In this document: positions 1-8,083 of the stretch, piece after piece
Layout of the letters: each line of letters opens with the position of its first letter
Numbering within the stretch: the stretch's first letter is position 1
Assembly: GCA_043732305.1 (NCBI GenBank)
Contig: JAYTHU010000214.1
Location: 1-23,381 of the forward strand
Direction: 5' to 3'
DNA: 23,381 nucleotides
Origin: Oligoflexia bacterium
GTDB lineage: Bacteria > Bdellovibrionota > Bdellovibrionia > JABDDW01
Program-made: the position numbers and the translations under genes
The notes under the pieces: model-generated
Database searches by the model: none
The model's input: the letters and a program-made list of their open reading frames with translations, nothing else
What the model was told of the DNA's origin: nothing

Positions 1-1387
1 CGACAATGAAAGTTTCGGGATTTATTTTTTGAAGTTGGGCAATCAGGTTGGTTGTGACAAAGCTCTTTCCGCTTCCAGATGACCCGCAGATGATTTGATT
101 GAAGTTGATCAGAGAAGAGTCAAACGGGTCTAACCCTAGAATTGTCCCTTGATTTGTTTTTAGTAAAATCTTTGGATCAATGTGACCTCGCCAAATATTC
201 TCAAGCGGTAAGAATTCCGAAAGAAATGAGGTTTTCATTCTCTTTAGACGTTCCCGAGCCCTTGCGTTCGGAAGGCAGATGTCTGAGAAAATATCAAAAC
301 TCGCGAGGCTTTCGACCATACCTTCTGCTCCGTTTAGTGATCTGATCGAAAGAAGTGCGTCACTGGTCTGACTGGCTAGCTCAGTTTGATCTGTCGATTT
401 GAGAACAATTTGAGCCGACATTAGAAAAATCTTTTCTCGTTGGGCCAAAACTTCATTGAGAAGGTCTTCTGAGTCTTGGAATTTCGCTTCACTTTCAATA
501 TCGCGCATGCCTTTTTTCCCTTGGCTCATGGAGTAAGCAATTCTTCTCTGGGTCTGGAGTGACTTAAGTTCTTGTGCTTGGTTAGGAATTTGAACTGATA
601 AAAAAAGTTGAGCTCCGACGGGGAGAGATAAAAAGGCGTGACTCATCCCTGAGCTAACCTGATGGGGAAGTAATTTGAGGCTGACTATTCTATGATGAAC
701 CGTGCCAAATGAGAATCCGTCTTCGTATACGAGGGCATCCGTAAATGTGAGATTTTCCCGGACATGATTTGGATTGTAGTCTGTTTTGTCTATCTCCCGG
801 GCAGGGTTCCACTGCCAATACACTTTATTAAAAAGTGTCCCAGCTGAGATCGGCTTGCATGAAAGCTCTAAACTCGAAAATTCTCTTTTGACCTCGTCTT
901 TTAGTTTCAAAACGCTTTGAATTTCCACTTCAAACTGATCTTCGGTTTTCTTTTGAAAGTTCGAGTTTCTTTTAAAGATGGAATATTTTTTAAAAAGTTC
1001 TTGGGAAAAATTCTTCCTTACAAATACCTCAAGTTCAAACATGGGTGCCGCGCCATGAGTTGATTCATCAACAAGTTTCTCATACCTACTCAAGCAAAGC
1101 TTGCGAGCTACTGCATTTTCTGTCTTGCTCCCCAGTTCCTTGTAGCGCTCTAGGGTCTCAAGGTTATTACTCGTAACCGAAAAGACAAATTGGATGCTTA
1201 GTTCCTCAGGAAGAATATTGAGAAGCCTAGAAATTTTGTCTGAAAAGGAATTGATTTCTTCATCGCTCTTAGCGATCAGGTCTTTACCCTGAACCTTAAG
1301 TCCGAAGCCGATTGAGCCATCGCTAAAGATGACGAAGTCGTCATGGAAACCCCAAATTTGAAGCTTGTCTGATAAAGAGCGTGTCAA
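1..1387 (-). CDS. VirB4/TraC-family type IV secretion ATPase, N-terminal part (runs off the left edge)
   Basis: Hand translation from TTG at 1387 (SD GAGG upstream, overlapping the upstream stop) stays open to base 1: MTRSLSDKLQIWGFHDDFVIFSDGSIGFG...LNILPEELSIQF...FLPLENIWRG...LDPFDSSLINFNQIICGSSGSGKSF...FIV. Walker A GSSGSGKS lies at about 62-85. Not in the ORF track because no stop is in the window. Confidence 0.88.
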   Translation of the reverse strand, partial: MTRSLSDKLQIWGFHDDFVIFSDGSIGFGLKVQGKDLIAKSDEEINSFSDKISRLLNILPEELSIQFVFSVTSNNLETLERYKELGSKTENAVARKLCLSRYEKLVDESTHGAAPMFELEVFVRKNFSQELFKKYSIFKRNSNFQKKTEDQFEVEIQSVLKLKDEVKREFSSLELSCKPISAGTLFNKVYWQWNPAREIDKTDYNPNHVRENLTFTDALVYEDGFSFGTVHHRIVSLKLLPHQVSSGMSHAFLSLPVGAQLFLSVQIPNQAQELKSLQTQRRIAYSMSQGKKGMRDIESEAKFQDSEDLLNEVLAQREKIFLMSAQIVLKSTDQTELASQTSDALLSIRSLNGAEGMVESLASFDIFSDICLPNARARERLKRMKTSFLSEFLPLENIWRGHIDPKILLKTNQGTILGLDPFDSSLINFNQIICGSSGSGKSFVTTNLIAQLQKINPETFIV

Positions 1388-1707
1388 TTTCTACCTCTCA
1401 ATACTTTAAGCCGTGGAGCGGGCTTACATACCGACGGCTCCTGGTAAGCGCTATAGACTCCTGGAGTGAGGTGAAATTTCACGAGGTGAAGAATATAATT
1501 TTCTGGTTTTCCAATCTTGCCAACTCTGAGGACCATTGCCAAAATTGCGGAAGGAAGCCACACGCAGAGGAGTTTATACCCTTCGCCAAATGCAAAATTT
1601 AAAACTGACATGACAATAAGGAGGGCTATGAGATCAATGACCTCATAGCCCAAAAGGCGCAACTTTTTATCAAAAGTTGGGTTGGCGGGTGTCACTTTTA
1701 AACTCAA
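1384..1707 (-). CDS. VirB3/TraL-like small inner-membrane conjugation protein
   Basis: 107 aa with two hydrophobic segments followed by GKPENYILH; directly upstream of VirB4 with an overlapping stop/start. Confidence 0.65.
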   Translation of the reverse strand: MSLKVTPANPTFDKKLRLLGYEVIDLIALLIVMSVLNFAFGEGYKLLCVWLPSAILAMVLRVGKIGKPENYILHLVKFHLTPGVYSAYQEPSVCKPAPRLKVLRGRN

Positions 1708-1976
1708 AGTTTATCTCCAAGTGGAAACCGGCGATCTTCTGTGTCGCTTGGAAATTCTGGGAAATCATTTTGATCAATTTGAGGACTGGCATTAAGTTTT
1801 TGAGAATATTCATCGAGGCCAGACTTAATAAAAATGCATAGAATGCAACCCATGACTCCTGTGGAAACAAACAGAACAAAAGCCATTTCAATTAGCAGTT
1901 TCTGAATATTTTCTCTGCTAGTGAAGCGCCCGAGTTTTTCGAGTTTAATATTTAAAGATCGCTTTTTATTTTTCAT
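1704..1976 (-). CDS. Hypothetical single-pass membrane protein in the tra operon
   Basis: 90 aa with a basic N-terminus and one hydrophobic segment; SD AGGAGG; 4-bp overlaps with both neighbours. Confidence 0.6.
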   Translation of the reverse strand: MKNKKRSLNIKLEKLGRFTSRENIQKLLIEMAFVLFVSTGVMGCILCIFIKSGLDEYSQKLNASPQIDQNDFPEFPSDTEDRRFPLGDKL

Positions 1977-2293
1977 GCTAAACCTCCTGAGGGAAACATT
2001 GATTGAATAAAGTGGACTAAACTGGGAGCGATGAATCCAGCGAGAAGGCCGATCACCCCCATGGTTAAATGACCTCGCCCTGCGGGATTTCCGGATACGA
2101 AACTAATAGCCCCCCATATAATTCCGATTGTGCCGATGGCAGGGAGAATTGTGTTCAGTAAACCTGACTGAACCCTTCCGAGATTGGATGCAAGATCTGC
2201 GGACATTCCGATTTGAGAAACCAAAAAGAAAGGTATGATCTCGCATGCGATAATGAAAAGAGTAGTAACCTTAGGCCTTGATAGCTTTTGCAT
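1973..2293 (-). CDS. TrbC/VirB2-like conjugative pilin
   Basis: 106 aa: signal-like N-terminus, then two Gly-rich hydrophobic helices (ILPAIGTIGIIWGAISFVSG / LTMGVIGLLAGFIAP); sits upstream of virB3/virB4-like genes. Confidence 0.75.
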   Translation of the reverse strand: MQKLSRPKVTTLFIIACEIIPFFLVSQIGMSADLASNLGRVQSGLLNTILPAIGTIGIIWGAISFVSGNPAGRGHLTMGVIGLLAGFIAPSLVHFIQSMFPSGGLA

Positions 2294-2643
2294 TAAGCGG
2301 CCTCTTTCATGGAAAAGAGGTCCATATAAAGATCGGGGCTACCCTCGATTTTGATTTGAAGATAATCTTGAAGTCGAAAATCAAACTGAGCACTTCCGCA
2401 AGGAGTAAGAGTCTCTCTACTTTCGAGAGTAGATCCTTGATAGACGTCGTATTTGATAACTTCATTCGGAGTCTGTGCCATTAGGTAATGGCTTTTATTC
2501 TCTGAGAGTAAAAATAGGTCGTAGACTCCCGGAACGTTGGTTCGAGTCGCGGTACCCGCAAATTTTCTATCCAAAAGTTTTTGGCCCTCATTTACGCCAG
2601 TAAAAAGATCATAGGTCGTATAGCAATTAGTATCTTCTTTCAT
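2293..2643 (-). CDS. Hypothetical cytoplasmic protein, first gene of the tra operon
   Basis: 116 aa, SD GAGG, TAATG overlap with the pilin gene; no family recognised. Confidence 0.65.
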   Translation of the reverse strand: MKEDTNCYTTYDLFTGVNEGQKLLDRKFAGTATRTNVPGVYDLFLLSENKSHYLMAQTPNEVIKYDVYQGSTLESRETLTPCGSAQFDFRLQDYLQIKIEGSPDLYMDLFSMKEAA

Positions 2644-2769
2644 AAAACCTCACTTTCTGAGCCTCGCTCATTAAATTTAAAAAATCGGATTGGCAGAGCC
2701 ACTGCGGAGCGCTTTGCTCAACCATGACTAAAAAATATTTGTTCAAAACCACGTAAATTCCGCGCACGT

Positions 2770-3213
2770 CTAAGGCCCTTGATTTTCTATCGAGTGATTT
2801 CGCTCGAACAGATGGAATTTTGTTTCTTGATCTACACATGTCCGGCATAAAACTTCGAGGTCATGACTTTTCAATTTGCGGCCACAACATTCACAGCTTT
2901 TGAGCTGTGGTGCCTTTGCGAATAGACCTGCGGTTGATTTTCGAGACTCTAGTTTTTGGACTTTGCTAACGGCTTCATTTAAGAGGGCGCGAACAAGTTT
3001 TTCAGTGATCCTGAGATGCACTGCGATTTCGCTTGTCTTTTCTCTTCTCACAAAAAATCTTTTCATGATCTTTCGCTGCATCGGCGGAAGAAGTGTTTGA
3101 TTGTGATCGAAGAACCGCGTGCAAGTCAGTGGGACGGATGTGGCCCTCTGTGCTGAAGCGTAGTTCCCAGATCCTGCATGGATGGATAATTTTGTTTTTG
3201 CATTTCCTGTCAT
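2770..3213 (-). CDS. Putative transcriptional regulator: sigma70 region-4-like HTH plus C-terminal Cys zinc finger
   Basis: Start moved to ATG 3213 (SD CAGGAGG), giving 147 aa. LPPMQRKIMKRFF...TSEIAVHLRITEKLVRALLNEAVSKV resembles a sigma r4 HTH; CECC...CRTC suggests a Zn site. Confidence 0.65.
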   Translation of the reverse strand: MTGNAKTKLSIHAGSGNYASAQRATSVPLTCTRFFDHNQTLLPPMQRKIMKRFFVRREKTSEIAVHLRITEKLVRALLNEAVSKVQKLESRKSTAGLFAKAPQLKSCECCGRKLKSHDLEVLCRTCVDQETKFHLFERNHSIENQGP

Positions 3214-3289
3214 TTGTACCTCCTGTGTTAGAAATTTAAGTGGTGAGGCTTTTCCTCCTCTTTCTCTCACTGGTCCTATTTGCAAGCTG

Positions 3290-3456
3290 ACAAGGTGATC
3301 GTGCCAAGCATGATAAGTGGTTGATTTTTTTAGAGAATGGTGTGGATTTGGGAAAATTAATGAAATCAAAAATAGTTATGATGTTCCGAAAGGTCGGAAC
3401 TAGAATTTGATTTGGGAATGAAATCAATATCTTAGAAATTTTCCAACATATCGGAA
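3290..3456 (-). promoter_or_regulatory. Enhancer-type promoter region: two TTCC-N8-GGAA sites, two IHF-consensus sites and a -24-like element
   Basis: TTCCGAAAGGTCGGAA (3384-3399) and TTCCAACATATCGGAA (3441-3456); WATCAANNNNTTR matches at 3314-3326 (-) and 3422-3434 (+); TTGGCACG at 3300-3307 (-), but no GC at the canonical -12 spacing. Confidence 0.5.
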
Positions 3457-3613
3457 GGTTCGGAGGTCCGTTTCTATAGACTTGGAATACTTGATTGATT
3501 TTTTATAAAATACTTATTTGAATGAACTTCAGTGCATATCACACGTTTGAGTTTCACAATAGAAGGCCTGAAAGTTTTCTGCGGTGGGGATCATAGAGGA
3601 CGCCAAGTAAATG

Positions 3614-4984
3614 CTAACTACTGATTCGCTTCTTTTCTATCTGATGCTTGGCAAGCATATCGTAAAATGTGGAAGTTGGGATTTGCGCTCGCTTCGCGGC
3701 TTCGATCGCACTGCCGGCGTTAACTTTTAACAAAAGTAAAAGCCATTCTCGGACCTCGTTAAAGTGCTTGAGCTTCAGAGTTGATAATTCTAAAACTGGA
3801 ACCGTCGAACTTGATTTGAAAATCTTTTTTTCGAGGTGCTTAGCCTCTATAAGATTGCTGGAGACGTCGGTAAGAAGCCGCCTGACCATGTGCTCAAGCT
3901 CCCGAACATTCCCCGGCCACGAATAATTTTCCATAGACCTAATGGTGCTCGCAAGAAATGTCTTTCTGATTCCATTTTGTTTAAAGAATTGCTCACAAAA
4001 ATGCGCTACTAAGGGCTCAATATCCTCAGGCCGACTCCTTAACGGAGGAATCTCAATCCTCAAAATATTAATCCGTTGGTAGAGGTCAAACTGAAATAAT
4101 CCTTTTTCTATTCTTTCCTCAATGTCAGTCTGGACGGCTGCGACGATCCTGAAGTCCACGGTGTACTCATCTCGACCGCCAACTCTACGAATTTTCTTGT
4201 TTTGAAAAGCTCGGAGAAGTTTGGCTTGGGCGGGAATGTCTAATTGGTGGAGTTCGTCAAAAAATGCAGTTCCCCCTGCCGCTGACTCAAGTATCCCAAT
4301 CTTACTTGTGAGGGCACCAGTAAAAGCTCCTTTTTCATGTCCGAATAACTCACTTTCCATCGTGTTTGAACCTGCATAGGAGGAGCAGTTGAAAGATTTA
4401 AATTTATCTTCTCGTCCACGGTGCAGAGCTTGTGCAACATTTTCTTTTCCTACCCCGCTCTCACCTATAAGAAGAACAGTCTCATTGCTATCTTGGTATT
4501 TAAGAATTTTTCTTGCCACATCTGCAAGAACTTTTGACCTGCCAACCATTCCGACAGATCTGATCACCGTCTCGGCGGCTGATCTCGAATTTTCATATCT
4601 CACAGTTCGTCGATACTCTTCGTATTCTATGCAATACTTCTCGATGATTTCTTTGAATTTATCTAATGGAATATCTTTGTCGACAAATTCATTAACTCCG
4701 ATCGCCCAAGATTCTTTCAAGGCCTCTCGAGAATTGTCACAAGAATACATGAGGATGATGCTCTCGCGGTTCACTTGCTTGATCGCAGCAGCAATTTCTG
4801 CGCCATTCTTGTCTGGCATTCTATAATCTTGGAGAATAACGGCAAAGTTTGGATCCGTCCCTAACTTGATTCCATCATTGGCATTATCCGCCTGAGTTAC
4901 TTCATAACCCCATTCCTCTAGAAGAGAAGAAGTTGACACGAGATTGTCTTTGTCGTCATCTATAATTAAAATTTTGGAATTCAT
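3614..4984 (-). CDS. Sigma54-dependent response regulator (NtrC family: REC + AAA+ + Fis-type HTH)
   Basis: ILIIDDD...QDYRMP receiver; GESGVGKE Walker A; ESELFGHEKGAFTGA; FFDE Walker B; WPGNVREL; C-terminal HTH. Confidence 0.95.
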   Translation of the reverse strand: MNSKILIIDDDKDNLVSTSSLLEEWGYEVTQADNANDGIKLGTDPNFAVILQDYRMPDKNGAEIAAAIKQVNRESIILMYSCDNSREALKESWAIGVNEFVDKDIPLDKFKEIIEKYCIEYEEYRRTVRYENSRSAAETVIRSVGMVGRSKVLADVARKILKYQDSNETVLLIGESGVGKENVAQALHRGREDKFKSFNCSSYAGSNTMESELFGHEKGAFTGALTSKIGILESAAGGTAFFDELHQLDIPAQAKLLRAFQNKKIRRVGGRDEYTVDFRIVAAVQTDIEERIEKGLFQFDLYQRINILRIEIPPLRSRPEDIEPLVAHFCEQFFKQNGIRKTFLASTIRSMENYSWPGNVRELEHMVRRLLTDVSSNLIEAKHLEKKIFKSSSTVPVLELSTLKLKHFNEVREWLLLLLKVNAGSAIEAAKRAQIPTSTFYDMLAKHQIEKKRISS

Positions 4985-6378
4985 GCGTGTTGCTCCGTTA
5001 AAAAGGGTAGAAATGAAATTTTAAATTTGGTTCCACGATTAATTTCTGATTCGAAAGATATATGGGCTCCATAGGCTAGGCATAATTGTTTTACAATTCC
5101 TAGCCCAAGCCCTGTGCCTCGTGATTCTTTGGTAGAAAAGTCAAAATCGTATACCTTTTCAAAGTGCTCAAGCTTTATGCCCTTCCCTTGATCAGATACC
5201 ATGAGTGTGGGAGCCCCTGATTCTTCAACAAGAGATATTTTAATTTCGCTATCTACCGGTGATGCGTCTATGGCATTTTTAATCAGATTGTCGAGTATCC
5301 GCTGGAAGGCAGTAGGAGAAATTCGAACCATAGAATCTTTGAGCAAGGGTTCAAAATTAAATACTAAATTTCGATTCATAACCTCAGGATCGGTCTTGAA
5401 GTCTTCAAGAATATTTCTTGCCTCATCGGAAATAGCGCAGCATTGGTTTTCTTCCGAGAGATCAAGTTGGAGGTTTTTAACGAGACCCGCAATATTTCCA
5501 ACTTTTTTAAGGGTTCTCTCGATTCTCTCTACTTGCAATTCATCAAGATGGCCTACTCGTCGGGTGGACATAACCAGTACAGCAAAAAACTTTGTGAGTT
5601 GTGACAGCGGCGTTCTTAAATCATGGCTTATTTCTTTTAATATGGAAAGTTGTAGACCCGACTTCGCATCTTGCACAGCAATTTTTTGATATTTCTTGAT
5701 TTCAAATTGAAGGCCATCGATCGCATTTTGCATTTCTATAAATTCAGAAAAGGGCGCCTCATTTGTTTTGGCCGATGAATGGGTTGGCGGTTGTCGCAAT
5801 AGCCTTGCCCAATTAGCTAGACTGGAGATGACGCTCTCACTTGAATCTCCGAGGGCTTTAGATAATCCGAGAGTCTGGACGATAAAAATCAGAAAAATAA
5901 GCATTATAAAAATGGCGACCTGCGCTCGGTTTACGGCGACATTCGTCCGTAAATCCAAGTATCCAAATAATTCTTTCTTCTCTGAGTCAAAGTAGATAGG
6001 TTCAAGTCGCTCAATTTGGTGGAAATTGATCCAGCAAGATTTTTTTGAAATACCGCAAGACAGGGGTTGGGGGCTTAGCCCATCATTGTAAATTAATTTA
6101 AATTGGGGATCTCTAATTCGAACTGACTCATCCGGTCCCAGATTCAAAGATTCAGCAATTTGTGGCTCTAAGTTTCTGATGTTTCCGTCCGCAGTGATCT
6201 TGAATCCAAATGATTTCACGGCTGATTCTGCAAGAACTGCCGACTGTTTTTCCAGCGTTCCCTTGACCAGTAAGTAAAAACTAGGGACCGAAATGAGAAC
6301 AATCAGTCCGAACGAAAAAACCGACCATTTGATAGCCTGAATCCTGAAATGCGATTGAAGACTTCTCTTGTACTGCAA
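4981..6378 (-). CDS. Membrane sensor histidine kinase
   Basis: Two TM segments flank a short periplasmic domain; H-box EISHDLRTPL, N-box DNLIKNAIDA, G1 DQGKGI, FSTK, G2 GTGLGL; ATGA overlap with the response regulator. Confidence 0.95.
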   Translation of the reverse strand: MQYKRSLQSHFRIQAIKWSVFSFGLIVLISVPSFYLLVKGTLEKQSAVLAESAVKSFGFKITADGNIRNLEPQIAESLNLGPDESVRIRDPQFKLIYNDGLSPQPLSCGISKKSCWINFHQIERLEPIYFDSEKKELFGYLDLRTNVAVNRAQVAIFIMLIFLIFIVQTLGLSKALGDSSESVISSLANWARLLRQPPTHSSAKTNEAPFSEFIEMQNAIDGLQFEIKKYQKIAVQDAKSGLQLSILKEISHDLRTPLSQLTKFFAVLVMSTRRVGHLDELQVERIERTLKKVGNIAGLVKNLQLDLSEENQCCAISDEARNILEDFKTDPEVMNRNLVFNFEPLLKDSMVRISPTAFQRILDNLIKNAIDASPVDSEIKISLVEESGAPTLMVSDQGKGIKLEHFEKVYDFDFSTKESRGTGLGLGIVKQLCLAYGAHISFESEINRGTKFKISFLPFLTEQHA

Positions 6379-6387
6379 CTTCTTTCC

Positions 6388-7866
6388 TTATTTTAGCCGA
6401 ATTTTCGATAAGGTTACCGATTCATCGGTAGGAGGGATTTGGCTCAAATCAATTCCTTTTCTTGCCCACCCAACGGTAGAGAGGTGGAAAAATGGAATGG
6501 CGTAACCTCCATTGACAGCCTCAGATAGTAGAGTGCGCATAATGGCCAATCTCTTTTCCATTGGAAGCTTTCTCGCATCGTCCAAGCGTTTAATGAAGTT
6601 GCTTTGAACCGGCGGAATAATTTTTACTTCGTTTTCAAAGTAAAATGACATTAGACCTTCCGGTGAGGGATCGGCTATGCCCACCGTACCAGCGTAAAAA
6701 TCGAAATTTCCGCTTAGAAAGCGTGTCGGATACTCTGCCATGTTTATAGTCAAAATCCTTGGTTCATGGCCGGTGACCTCTCGAATTGAATTTTTGATAT
6801 TTTCGATCAACGACTGGCATACTCTTTCTGGAGATAGCAATATCTCTAAGGGCCTATCTTTAAATCTTGCGGGAATTTTATTTTCAGAAAAATCTTCAAT
6901 TTTGAATTGACCATCGTGAAGCGCATAGCCTTTAGGAAAAAACTGCTCAGTTGAGTTATAGCCGGAAAGGCCCTCTGTTATTTTTCCTTTATTCAGGTGA
7001 CCTTGAAGAAATTTGAAGAGATTTAAGCCGTCTTGACTGTAATTTCGTGGGCTAAGTTGGAAAAGAAATGCTCTATCCGTAGGTCGCCGCCAATTCTCGA
7101 ACTTTTTTTCTTGGTATTTTCTCAGAGTATCTTCAGGCATCAGCGACGAAATCTGAACCAGGTTAGGCCAAGCACCTTCTTCGAGGAGAATCTTTTGTAG
7201 ATCGGTTCCTTGCGGAATGGGTCGAACGACAATCTCATCCGCCATACGTTTACTGTAGGTTTTCGATTGAGGATTTGCTTTTAGATCCAGTTGGTCTACA
7301 GAGCCAGTCGAAAGAGCGTAGGGGCCAGATGATTTAGTTAGGTCAATGGACTCATTCGCCTTAATGTTTAAGATTCCAAAATTTGGTTCTGTTAGCTTTT
7401 CTAAAAGCTCTTCCAAAGTAGCATTGTCCCGAAGTTTGAAATCTAGGGTTCCCTCATCAGGGCAAGAAATGTTCGCAATAAGCTTATTAAAGCTCAAAAA
7501 ATCTTGAGGGTGAAATTTTAGACCGCGATCAAAAGTTCTTTTGACATCCATTGAGGTCAACGACGTGCCATCAGACCACTTGAGATCTTTAGCAAGGTAA
7601 AGTCGGGCGGTATTTGATGGCGTCATTTCCCATCGTGAGACTAGTCCCGCGGTCAGTTGTTTTGAAGAATTCCATTCTGTAAGAGTTCCCGCTAGTGCAT
7701 AGGACAAATCCATTTCAGCGAGCGTTACAATTCTAGCAGGATCTAGTGGCCAAGTATAAGACATGTAGGTTTTTACTTTTTCAATTTTTTTCATGTCATC
7801 CGCCTCCGATTTTACGCTCGTGAATATCATCATCCCTATAGCTCCCAGTATAATCCAACTTTTCAC
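6388..7866 (-). CDS. Family-5 (OppA/DppA-like) periplasmic substrate-binding protein, no permease/ATPase partners nearby
   Basis: Start moved to GTG 7866 (SD AGAGG), giving 492 aa with signal peptide MKSWIILGAIGMMIFTSVKSEA. Motifs LDPA, LKWSDGTSLTSMDVKRTF and SGPY are typical of SBP_bac_5. Confidence 0.85.
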   Translation of the reverse strand: MKSWIILGAIGMMIFTSVKSEADDMKKIEKVKTYMSYTWPLDPARIVTLAEMDLSYALAGTLTEWNSSKQLTAGLVSRWEMTPSNTARLYLAKDLKWSDGTSLTSMDVKRTFDRGLKFHPQDFLSFNKLIANISCPDEGTLDFKLRDNATLEELLEKLTEPNFGILNIKANESIDLTKSSGPYALSTGSVDQLDLKANPQSKTYSKRMADEIVVRPIPQGTDLQKILLEEGAWPNLVQISSLMPEDTLRKYQEKKFENWRRPTDRAFLFQLSPRNYSQDGLNLFKFLQGHLNKGKITEGLSGYNSTEQFFPKGYALHDGQFKIEDFSENKIPARFKDRPLEILLSPERVCQSLIENIKNSIREVTGHEPRILTINMAEYPTRFLSGNFDFYAGTVGIADPSPEGLMSFYFENEVKIIPPVQSNFIKRLDDARKLPMEKRLAIMRTLLSEAVNGGYAIPFFHLSTVGWARKGIDLSQIPPTDESVTLSKIRLK

Positions 7867-7909
7867 AAATACCTCTAACGAGAAAGTTAAATGAACAGGT
7901 GGCGCCGGC

Positions 7910-8062
7910 TTACATGCCGGTCCCACCATTTTTACCCGGGTGATCAGATCCTTTTGATTCTTTTTGTGCATGGTCGGCAGCGGAAGCAATGTTACTTATG
8001 CTTCCGGAAACAAAGGAAACAACAAGGAGAAAGAGAAGAGAGATGTTTTTTAAAACTGACAT
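7910..8062 (-). CDS. 50-aa secreted peptide, candidate YcaO substrate / signal precursor
   Basis: SD GGAGG, then MSVLKNISLLFLLVVSFVSGSISNIASAADHAQKESKGSDHPGKNGGTGM*. Sec-type signal with an A-S-A cleavage motif; fills the gap between ycaO and the SBP gene. Confidence 0.85.
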   Translation of the reverse strand: MSVLKNISLLFLLVVSFVSGSISNIASAADHAQKESKGSDHPGKNGGTGM

Positions 8063-8083
8063 AGTTCCTCCATTCAGTTTGGG

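Noticed and set aside
2691..2705. TGGCAGAGCCACTGC, a GG-N10-GC match on the plus strand
   Set aside because: It points away from the tra genes and lacks TT before GC; probably chance, though an antisense promoter is not excluded.
2644..2769. oriT in the gap upstream of the tra operon
   Set aside because: Only a 5-bp hairpin is visible and no relaxase gene is nearby; not supportable.
3214..3369. N-terminal extension of the 199-aa ORF
   Set aside because: It runs through the regulatory region; ATG 3213 has a strong SD.
7867..7989. 41-aa N-terminal extension of the SBP in the ORF track
   Set aside because: It overlaps the peptide gene in another frame; GTG 7866 has an SD and gives a proper signal peptide.
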